This document shows positions 22,057 through 32,800 of a stretch of DNA of 64,000 nucleotides, piece by piece. A model generated the notes under the pieces. That model had not been told where the DNA came from, searched no databases, and saw nothing but the letters and a program-made list of their open reading frames with translations. Numbering within the stretch: the first letter of the stretch is position 1; each line of letters opens with the position of its first letter. The DNA comes from Lepidodermella squamata (taxonomy: Eukaryota; Animalia; Gastrotricha). The DNA is taken from NCBI GenBank assembly GCA_047495785.1, contig JBLDXI010000009.1, positions 5,208,001-5,272,000 on the forward strand, read 5' to 3'. Made by a program: the position numbers and the translations under genes.

Positions 22057-22920
22057 GTTACTGTCGGGTGTTAGAGGCGGCTAGCCAGCGGCGGGTGGCG
22101 GTCCACGGAAGCAACGGCCCGAGCGCAGCTTGTCGCGGGGAGGACCGGTTCGTTGTGGGTGGCGGTGCAAGGTAACATCGCTCCCTGCGCGGCCGGGCCT
22201 TTCCGGTTCCTGACTAGCGGCGGATAGCTGCAATCCGTGCGCAGTAGGTTCCCTCTGGGTTCCTCTCTTGTATCTTATATCTTTCTCTAGCCCCTTCAGT
22301 TCTTTTCAAATTCTCTTTTCAAATTCTCTCTGTGTGTGAAAGGCATCGGTTCGGGTCCGGTTTAAATCGTCTTTGGTTTAGTGCCGTGAGAGGCCCCGGT
22401 TCAAGTCCGGCTATGTTTTCTATTTTTGTCCTAGATCCTAGATTCTTTAAATTGAATTGTACTACTGAGACATGAACCTAAGAGTCATGGACCTCAGCTT
22501 GCTGATCGTTGATGCAGTTCGGCGGTGACCGTCGATCCTGGTAGCGGATGGGCCTCGGGTGGCGGCACGCACCAAGCGGCGGCCCGAGGCGATGTGTTGT
22601 TGGTTGTTGGTACCTCTGGCGGTTGTTGGACTTCTTGTACATTTTCGTCGATGCAGGCAGCGGTTGGGCCTCGGGTGGCGGCACGCGCAAAGCGGCGGCC
22701 CGAGGCGTTGGATGGAAGCTTCCTTGTATATTAACTCATATAACATTGTATATATAGTTTTTCTGTAATTCCGTCGACCTCGCTTAATACACGAGGCCGT
22801 AGCTGTGAATATTAAATATTGCTAAAACTAAAGGACCACTCTAAGTCCGGTCATTTCTATTTAGCCTGCGGGCTGAGAGATTGTTTTTTGCTAACATTAC
22901 TTAATAAACCCACACTTCTG

Positions 22921-24266
22921 CAAATCTTTCGCCTTTTACTAAAGATTTCCGTGCGTGGGAACATTCAATGAGCCTTCGGGCGATTTCTTGGGCTTCTTTC
23001 TCGACGGGAAGCGATACATCTAAAAAAAATGTAATTGTACCTGTTCGTTGGCACCTATGATAAGTGTGAAATTCACCGCTGGGTTTAGCTAGACACCAAT
23101 TTGATGCCTTGGCGTGGTTGCTACTTGTAGCGCTTGGAGCGGCAGACAATATGCAGAATCGTCAGCCTCAGCTGCAGTCCCGAAAGTCTTGAAGTCAGCC
23201 TCGTCGCGATCCGCCTCGATCGCAACATTCGCAACAATCGTAGGCTCGCAGTAGGGATCTAGATATAAAGAACGACAGGCTCAGATTCACAAATTTTCGA
23301 CCCCACGATGTGAAAGATATGCGGTAATACGTGTGAGCAACAAGTTAAGCTATTTCGGAATGGCACCTATAAATACTGTTTATGCGTCAACAGCAAACTT
23401 TATTGTGAACAGGGATGAATATATGTAATATGCAACATGAGTTATAACAACAGATACGGAAAATAATAGTAATAATAATTCTCATCTCAAAGTCGCCTTT
23501 GACGCTATGAGCAGTTCATCACAATTACCGCACGTGCAATAAAGCCGAGGTTCAATCGGACAAACATGTCAGCTGAAAAGATGTATCATTCCTGCTGCTG
23601 GGTATATAGTTACGATTATTGTACAAGATCCAATCCCGGCTTCACTACATCAAGCCTACTCGCTTAGGGGTAGCACTCCGATTTAGTATCCACAGCAGAC
23701 TTCACGCGGTTATTATAATATAATAATATCAACTAAGGACAATAATATCATTAAGCAGCTAAACTTGAAAATAATGTGAAGAATAGCATCAGGAATTGTA
23801 ACTTTACTTGATTAATGCTGACGCCGTTCAGCCTCAAAAGCCATGCCTTAATATTGACGATATTGCTCAACTACTTCGGGGCACTCTTTGCGGCTTCTTT
23901 CGGTTGTTGCATCAGATGGTGAAGGCTGCGAGGGTTAACCACGTGGTGGAGGCTGCGAGGGTTAACCACGTGGTGGAGGCTGCGAGGGTTAACCACGTGG
24001 TGGAGGCTGCGAGGGTTAACCACGTGGTGAAGGCTGCGAGGGTTTACCACGTGGTGAAGGCTGCGAGGGTTAACCACGTGGTGAAGGCTGCGAGGGTTAA
24101 CCACATGGTGGAGGCTGCGAGGGTTTACCACGTGGTGAAGGCTGCGAGGGTTTACCACGTGATGAAGGCTGCGAGGGTTAACCACGTGGTGGAGGCTTCG
24201 GCTGCTGGGCTGTGCTTCGGCTTGCTCGACTCCAAGTTTTGCGTAAGCTAAACTTGCCGATGATAC
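22921..24266 (-). pseudogene. Degenerate multi-exon gene of unknown function
   Basis: Exon-like blocks with AG/GT borders (~24266-23808, ~23258-23041, ~23019 downward) contain in-frame TAG stops. The terminal part recurs at ~9070-9270 and ~25655-25880. Confidence 0.4.
23917..24197. repeat. 27-bp [13 protein letters not shown], ~10 copies
   Basis: Unit TGGTG(A/G)AGGCTGCGAGGGTT(A/T)ACCACG; reads NPRSLHHVV on the minus strand. Confidence 0.95.
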
Positions 24267-24779
24267 CTGAAAGAAAGCAGGCGATAAGTCAGACATTAAT
24301 ACAAACTAGCCGCAACATGCCACTAGAATGAAGATGGCTGCGTATTTCAGCATGATGCTAACAGGTTCTTGGAGTAAAGCACGAATAATTAAATGTAATT
24401 TTCAAATGAAAAGGAGCGAATGAACAGAGTTCCAATGTTCCTCTCTCGATAAGCACTTCGACAGCCTGGACAAATAAACTTACTGCTTAAGAATTAGGTA
24501 ATATTAGTTAGCGCTAGCTTTACGGCGATAACAACGGCTGATTATACCAATAACCATGTGACTTTCTCCCACGTCGGCGTGCCGTCAACGCCTCGCTGGA
24601 GTCAACATTTCTGCACTCAGAGCAAATTTAATACCAAATTAATTTAAGCAGTAGGTTAATAATATTCTTAATAGATGGCTTAATACCCGTCCGGAAAACT
24701 AACAAATGCTTCTCAGCTGTAACTCTCTGTCAAGAAACATAATCTCGAGGCCTTCAATCTGCAAAAGGTCCTTAATAGG

Positions 24780-25002
24780 CCCCCGAGCCTCCTTGCACGC
24801 AGATCGGGGATCAAATTCTAATGATGATCATTCTGCTGAATCCGTTCTTTGCAACGGTACTCGGCTAATCGTCACTTACGTCAGCGATGCGATAATTCTC
24901 ATTCATGGAAAGCATGGCATATGGGTACCATTCACCGGTAATCCAGCGATGGCTACTCGCAGCGATAGCCGGTGGACATTGTATTTATAAGTTAGCTCGT
25001 GT
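24780..25002 (+). mobile_element. Helitron RepHel (PIF1-type helicase) remnant
   Basis: IGDQILMM..LLNP / LCNGTRLIVT and a decayed HGQLYVALSRV-like segment (..LARV); frameshifted. Confidence 0.6.
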
Positions 25003-25490
25003 ACATATTGTTAGGATCGTTGAAAACTTGTCGAATTTAAGCTTGTTGACATCAGTGTCAAGGTGAAGGGTGACAAGTAGGAAATGTTGTTTCCTTGTTT
25101 TTATACGTGCTTGAAAAGGCTTCAAGGAAAATCTTGACTTTCATCATATTCTACAACACAAATTCTGCGCGCATATAGCATATTGTTTGTGTTACCTTCC
25201 CTATCCTTTTCTTGCTCTCCAAACTAAAACAGCCTGCCTTTTACCTCAAACAAATTTGTAACCTATACCTGCTGATGTTGAAGTTGTCTTCCGAATCCTC
25301 GAAAATCATTGCAGATAAGAAGTCGATATTCGGAATCATAACAAAGCAGAAAAGCAGAAGACAAAAGGAAGCAGACACAATTCACTTTTGTTGTTTTCAT
25401 CAATTGGTGAATGTTTTCGCTAGTCATCGAAAAATCGTCACAGAGTTTTTAACTGATATGTGCAATGAAACGTTATTTGACGACATCGGC

Positions 25491-25563
25491 GGGGTTGTGG
25501 CGCAATGGATAACGCGTCTGACTACGGATCAGAAGATTCCAGGTTCGACTCCTGGCAGCCTCG
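25491..25563 (+). tRNA. tRNA-Arg (ACG)
   Basis: Identical to the 4540-4612 copy; T-run just downstream. Confidence 0.95.
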
Positions 25564-26824
25564 ATATATTTTTACTCGCTCATGTTTTATGCACTTCAAA
25601 AACAAGACTGGAGTATTTTGCTGATTTTCCTGGATACGCAAATAACACATGCCACTAATATGCATTGGAATCCTGAAAGGCACTGAGAGCCTTCGAATTA
25701 GTTATATACTCTGGTTTCCGCGCAAAACGCACAAATCTTTCGCCTTTTACTAAAGATTTCCGTGCGTGGGAACATTCAATGAGCCTTCGGGCGATTTCTT
25801 GGGCTTCTCTCTCCACGAGAAGCGATATACAACCAAACAAAATGTTGTTATGCCTGTTCACTGGCACCAATAAGGTATGGCACCTACTTATAAAGGGTTA
25901 TGGGGTTCGGTCGATTCGGTGGCGTGGCAGGCACGGATACTAACACTACAAACCACTACCAAGGATGGTTCAAACTGCCCGATTCAGGCCATTATTAATT
26001 ATTATTATACTACAGCTTGGATTTTTTATTGTTTGCTGTTCCGTCCAACAGCCAAAAGATACTTCGAGCGCTTAAGCTGGCCGAAATATACTTTTACTGG
26101 AAATAGGCTTAATTCTTTGTTGTGAAATTTGACCAACAGAAACCTAACATTGATATCGTGCGTGAAGTGAAAGATCAGCAATGTATCTGCGCGTTGGATT
26201 CTACAATTTTCATGTTTAGCTGCCGCCCAAGTTTCAGCGTTTCTTGTGATATTCTTTACGATTCAACGACAGGTAGACTGTTGCATCTGTGTTATTGCAT
26301 TAAAACGGCAACGCAGCCCAAAATGGCAGGGAAAATCCAACAAGACCCGAAGAACTCAATTTTTTCAGTTTTATTTTCCATCATCATTATTATTATTCAT
26401 TATTTCATCTCTTTCAAAGTTGAGGCTGGCGGTGGCAGTAGAGGAGAGGCAGCTGCCATATCTTCATCCGTCGACAGAAACAACGCGAATACACACAGCG
26501 TACAAGTAATATAGAGAGGCATAAAATGGCATTGTTATTATCGATATTATTTGCAACCAATCACTGCACGGCGGCGATTTGCAGGTGTGTAATAGTACGC
26601 TTATCGTCCAAGTATAAAAAAAACAATAAATGCAGCGATAGCTAGGACTAATACAATATTTTTTCATAATGAAATTTCAGGTATGAAATTTTTTTCTATA
26701 TATACGCAACAAAAAGCCTGGTTGAGTAACACGAAAAAATTCGGAAAAATATAATTAATCAAAAAATTAGTTAATTAATTAATTAATTTTCCAATTTTTT
26801 CGTGTTATTACCAAAGGGATTTTT

Positions 26825-29800
26825 TCAGACATCGACTCCCATTGCGAGGTTTCGCGGATCTGGCAGGCCCATTTCGACATCGCCGAGCTGGTGCAGCGTC
26901 CGCAGCCAGTCTTGCCGCGGCAACGCGTCCGGGAAGAGGAGGGCGAGCAGAGACCGGCCAACAGCGTCGTCCCAGATGCAGAGGCCAGTCGGCGGGAATT
27001 CGTGCGCCCCGGCGACGTACGCCGTCAGCCGCGTGTACACGTTCGGGTGCGAGGCCAACAGGTCGACGCCGCGCTTCTTCAGGTGCGCCGTCATGTTCTG
27101 GAAGGTGAGTTCACGCAAGCGTAACGGGTTGCCGCGGCGGTTCGAGAAGGCGACGCCGGCCGAGACGAGGAGCAGCGCGCGCAGGGTGCCCGGGCGAGGC
27201 ACGGCGAGGCGCAGTTTGGCGGCGCGGAGGACGACGCGTGACTCGCCGGCGCCCGACCCGTCGTCCATCGCGGCCGTGTCCCACGCGGTCACGTGGTTCG
27301 CCAGCGAGCCGATACCGCCGCCGGCGCCGTGGGTTGGCCGCGTCGAAGCTGGCCGTGGCGGGTGGTGAGCGCGTTCCTGCGCGACTGACACGCCGACGCA
27401 TAGCACGAGCTGAATGGAAAAATACAAAAGATAATTTTCATTCATTCGAATATAATAAAAATTAATATAACTGAGAAGAATTTTCCAATCCTTGAAAGTT
27501 AACATTGATCAGCTTATTACAATTTCTCAAAGTTTCAAGCCATCACTAGGAACCCAATACTGAGCTCTCAAGTTCTGAAACTATGAAACTATGAGATTCT
27601 TGTCCTTATCAGATAAATTCAGAAAATTCATCAAATTAAAACGTAAAAATCGACTTTAAATTCGACATATCGAAATTGTAGCATTTTTCCTTTCAATTTT
27701 TACGAATTTTTCCATCAATTTTTTGCTTCGACTCGGTATCATTCATTTTTTACGAAAAATGTCTCCCTGTTTCTGTGATAGGGTAAGCTAAAACCTTCAA
27801 TTATTTAGAATTCATATTGAAAACTAGCGATCAGATCTTTCGATTGAAAGCAGAAAGAATTTGAGAGAATTTGAGCTTCAACTGTGAATCCCACGTGTCA
27901 AAATCAGATGAGCAGTAATATTTGAAGCATGGAACTGTACACTTGAACGAATTTCAAAAATTTCGAATCATCTTCATGAAACCTTGGAATGAAATACTTA
28001 TTAAATCGTGATTCGAAAATAGTTAGCAAGGTCAAATTGGAGCAGGCCCCAAAAAGCTGGTACTAACAAGAAAGAATACTGGCAATTGTTTGACGGTTTG
28101 CTTAGAAAGTCGGACTTCATAGAAAGAGGAAAATTTTCTGAATTTGCCACTTGATTTCAGCTCGATTGGAAAAATGAAAAAATTTCCCCCAGAATGTGGG
28201 TCACGCCCAACCAATTATATTTTTGACTAACCTTAGAATTGGGAGTTCACGTTGAAATTATATTTTTTCCCCACGTCTTGAAGAAAATATTCTCAAATTA
28301 GACAGAAATGAGTCGTTTCTTCTCAAATTGTGGGTGAAATACTGTTTAATTAGTGTCATTGTGAAGACTAACCTTAGAATCTGGATTGTACTGCTGCAGC
28401 AGCTCCATGACTTCGTCCAACGGCTCGCCGCGAACCAGCGCAGCCTCCGTGTGCGTGATCGTGTGGAACTCGAGCGCCAGGCTGTGCAGGCCCAGCTGGC
28501 CGGCCGCGAACGCCGCCGCGCGGTCGGGCCCCGAGAAGTGCGCGTACACGTAGCCGCGGCCGTGGCACAGGTACGACATGCGCGCAAACTGCGACACGAG
28601 CGAAACGAGCATGCGGTCCGTCTCGAGGCGCTTCGCCGCGCGCTGGCACAGGTCGCGCACCTGGTCGAGCGGGCAGCGGCGCTTGCCCACCGAGCCGACC
28701 AGGTGGCCGTCGCGGCAGTTGCGCGAGCAGAACGCGGCCTGGCACGACGAGCACAGGCGGAACTGCGTGCGGGCGGTTTCGGCCGACACGGTGTGGTTGC
28801 AGCCGGCGCGGGCGCACGTCACGGGCGGCGACATGTCGACGATGGGGCGAGAGGGCGGGGGTGGCGGCGGTTGGAAGCGGCTTGGTTGTTGCTGCTGCTG
28901 TGGCTGTTGTTGAGGCGGCGCCGCGACTGGTCGAGCCTAAGAGAAAATGGAAAAAAGTTGAAATTAATTAAAAAATCTCATTATCATTATTATTATTATT
29001 ATTATCATAAATCGGAAAAATATATAGACATAATTTCTAATATTAAAAATAAAACTACAAACTTTCAAAGAAAATATTCATTTTCCAATTTTATGATATC
29101 AATATTGATTTTATTAGCTTTTATTTTTAATTTTGGGGATCGGGAAATGTAAGCCTGGGCTGATATTACATTATAGATGAATTTGTCTCAAAGTAGTAAA
29201 AATAGCTATTACTCACTTCGGAAAAAGTGACCGAAAGTTGATGTTTTTTCAACATTCTCAAACAATAAATATCACAGTAAGAAATTTTCAAGTAAATCAA
29301 ATAGCTCGCGCTGAATAATGATTGGCGGTTCTGATTTCGCAAAACAATTAACGCCAAATTGGTCAATTTTAAGCTAATAAACACTACAAAATGAGCACGA
29401 ATGGCATTATGTCCAGACAAGACAGAAAAAATGAGGAAAAGCAGCTCAAGGCTGGTCCCAAAATATAGTTTTATATTTTGTAGAATACAAAAAACGCAGT
29501 CTCGTATGTTTTGACAGTTACTTATCGAACTTGGCTAATTGAAAACCCCGCGTAATCGGGGATTCCGGCGCAAAAAACCAAGCGAGGGCTGGTAAAGAAA
29601 CATGTCAGAAAATAGCACACGAGAGCCACATTTTTCGGCTTAAATAATAAAGAAAGTCTGCAAATTCTTAAACAAATTGAATAGTTCGTAGGAAAATGTT
29701 GCGAAAATAATTAATTAAAATCAAGGAAATTAAATATTTTAATTAAATTTTATTCAATTTTAAATCTAATTTTGTGTATTTTTTAATTTTTTACCTGTTG

Positions 29801-32800
29801 AATGCGTTGCTGGTGGGCTATTTGAGCGGCATAAGTCGATTCAGATCCACGTGAAACCTGCCTCGAGTACGGCCCTTGAGGCGGAACTGCCTGCGGCTGC
29901 TGTTGATGCTGGCCTGAGACAACGGAATGCGTCGAAACAGCACTGGTCATGCCGGCATGGAACGACTGTGACATGGGCTCCGGCCTCGCCTGTTGCGCAT
30001 GAACAGCCGACGACAGCGAGAACGCGTCCGGACCTAGGCGCGCACTTTTCACCGATTTCGGCGACGCAGGCGCTGAGGGGGTGGTCGTATTAGGCCTGTT
30101 GCTATTATTATTAGTGGCCAAAGAAGCCGAAACCAACGCTGGAACGTCGCGTCTATTCAGCCATGACGCCGCTTCGCCGCTCGGTGGAGCGTACCGGTAC
30201 GCGTGGCCGTGGTCGTGCTCCTCCTGATAGGCGAAAATTCGATCGATGATACCGCGTGATTTCCTCGAGCCACGTGACGAGGTTGAAATTGCGTCCGGGT
30301 CGCGTGATGACGTTCGCGAAACCGCGTCGTAGTCTTTTCGGTAGTTATTCGCCGAGCCGTTTGACATGGCCGATGGCGCCTGGGATCTGGCCGGGGGTTG
30401 TTCCGGCATAGCAACGGGTTTAAATTGGTTATTCACGTCGCTATCTCTCGCTTTCACCCATGAGCCACTTCTCGGCCGGGTTTCAGGCGATGATTCATCG
30501 TTAACTTTGGGCGTGTTATTTTTGGACGTGTTATTTTTGGCATTTATAATGTTGTTATTTCCGGTGTATGTGATTGGTATTGGCACTGGCTGTTGCTGCG
30601 GTTTTTCTGGCACTTTTTCTTTGGGTGGCGGAGGTTGGTTATGCTGGTTCTCGTTGTTGGCAGGTTGCGACGGTTTCGAGGGTGAACGACCTACATAAAT
30701 AAATATATTAAACAATGAATAATAAATAATAAATATGGAAAAATTTGGCCCGATTGAAAGATTATATATTGCGAGTCAGAAATCGAAATAAAATTAAAAA
30801 TTCTGTTCTTTTCGAATAATTTAAAAAATTTGAATAATTTTAATTTCCGAAAATTTAGAACTCGCTGCAAAAATATATTATATCAATTTGTCAAAATACC
30901 TGAGATCCATTTCGGAGCAGAAAATAAGCCCGGCTTTTTGCTGTCCTTCTTCGCCGGAGCAGTTGGAGCCGGTTCAGAAATGATCGAAGTCGACATTTCA
31001 GCAATGCTGATCGATTCATTGATGGACGCAGGCGCTTGCAGTATCGAATCATCCGCGACATTAACAACCGCTGCGGGCTCCTCATGTTGAGTTTTCGCAT
31101 CACCATTCGATTTCTCCTCATTCGGCTGATTTTTCGCCTGTTTATCGCGCCAGAATAGCGATTTGAAGGACGCTCGAAGCGGGTGATTTTTCGACGTGGA
31201 CGCCAATCGATCGGTAGACTTGCTAGCAGGCACTCGTGGCATTGTGGTGGAAGCAACAGGTGGTTTATCATCCATAACAACCGGCTCGTCGAGTGACGAT
31301 CCGATCGAAACTGGGCGATTAACAGATTCATGCTCGCGTAAAACTTGGCTATTCCTATCGATAACAACCGGCGGCTCAGGCGGCGGCAAAATCGGCTTAT
31401 CATCAACAGGCGAAGGTTCCTTAGACACCGATTCAGCAATTGATTTCTGATCGCTCGGTTTCAATAGCTTCGCTAGAAATTTGCCAGGCTTTTTGAAGGA
31501 GGCGCGGAAAGACGAGGCGGTTGAAGCTCGATTCAAAGCAACAGGTGGTTGCTGCTCCTCAACAGGTGGTTTCTCCTCGACAGAAACTGGCGACTTCTGC
31601 GAGGGGATGTCCTTTTCGACGACTTTGCGAGTTGAAACTTGAACTGAAGTGTCAATGACGATCTCCTCGTGCACGTTGGTTGTCGGAAGGACGGTTGTAG
31701 TTTTCCACGATAGCGGCGAGACTGATTTAGGCGGGACAGGGCTTGGCGTGAAAGACGAGCCAATGTTGGACACGGGCGGGTCTAGATCGTCCAAATCAGT
31801 GACCCTAGACTTGGTGTTGTAAACAACAGGCCGGTTATTCATAACAAACGGCGTTGGTTCGACTGTGATTTTCGGAGATACAACAACAACGGGCGTGGTC
31901 ATCCTATTCGGCTCAGGCTGCTGTAGTGCTGGAGTTGTTGTTTTTTCAATAAATTCCTGTTCTGCCTCGTTATAGCCGGCTAGTAAGAGCGGCCGGGGCG
32001 GGGATGAAATTGCTGCATTGCTAATCAACCCAGGCCCACGCAATTCTTCCGTCATTACCAACAAACCGGAATCTGCATTGCTATTGTTGTTATTTTGAGG
32101 TGGGCTGAGTGCGCGTAGTGATGAGGCAACAGGTGATTTTGACGCTGGTCTATTAACAACCGGCTTTGGCAAAGTCGCCGGCCCAGGCGGGCTCGCCACC
32201 CGCTCAACCGGCACGTGAACAACCGGACTCAGCGTTGCTTTTTCAAATTTAGGTGATGCGACAAAATGCGTCTCAATAGGCTGTGGTGATGATGACTTTT
32301 CAATTTGTCTCACATACGAAAATTTCGACGTTCTTATCTCTGTCTCCGTCACGGTTCGCTGCGTAGTTCTCTCCTCCATTAGAGGCGGTGATTTTTGCGT
32401 TTTTAACGGTGTGTCATTCTGCTGTGGTGATTGCTGGCGATGTTTTGGTGACAATGATGATTGTTCATAAGTGTCATTATTATGATTGTGCAGCATTTGG
32501 TCCAGCGGCCGGATGGCTATCGGTTTCGGCCGTCTCAGCGCCGCTTGTTGCTCGGCATATCTGACGGACGGCCGGCGGAAATTCGCGGCCGCCGACATTG
32601 TCGAGGCGGTGTTCGAGGCCCTGGACTCGTTCGCGACCGCTCGGCTCAGCGTCCACTGGCGGGACTGGCGCGCGGCTTCCAGGGCTGATAAATGATGATT
32701 TTCGTTCGGTTTGCGCGACGGCGGGGCGGATTTGGTCCTGGCGAAGGCGGTGGCTCGGGCGGCTCGGCTGTCCGCGGCCCAGTAGTCGTCGTCGTCGTGA

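Larger units (their letters stand above)
16570..22920 (+). mobile_element. Near full-length non-LTR retrotransposon (Jockey/I-group-like LINE)
   Basis: ORF1 with three CCHC knuckles, ORF2 with APE and RT. Boundaries come from the empty paralogous site CCGCGCAAAACGCA|CAAATCTTTCG at ~25718-25742. AATAAA at 22903. Confidence 0.92.

Noticed and set aside
22060-22260. Bacterial RNase P RNA or group II intron resemblance
   Set aside because: Only scattered short words match; the P4 consensus and domain V are absent.
23917-24197. Regular 27-bp repeats as a CRISPR array
   Set aside because: Head-to-tail units with no unique spacers, no cas genes and a eukaryotic context; this is a [13 protein letters not shown].
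23808-24200. Alternative genetic code suggested by GGTTAA/GGTAAA alternation in one repeat frame
   Set aside because: The change is synonymous (GTT/GTA) in the open frame, and conserved genes here end in TAA, TAG and TGA normally.
26802-29152. Plus-strand Arg/Ala-rich ORFs (188 and 274 aa) and possible bacterial HGT given high GC
   Set aside because: They are antisense to spliced AJM1 exons, a metazoan gene; high GC is confined to the exons.
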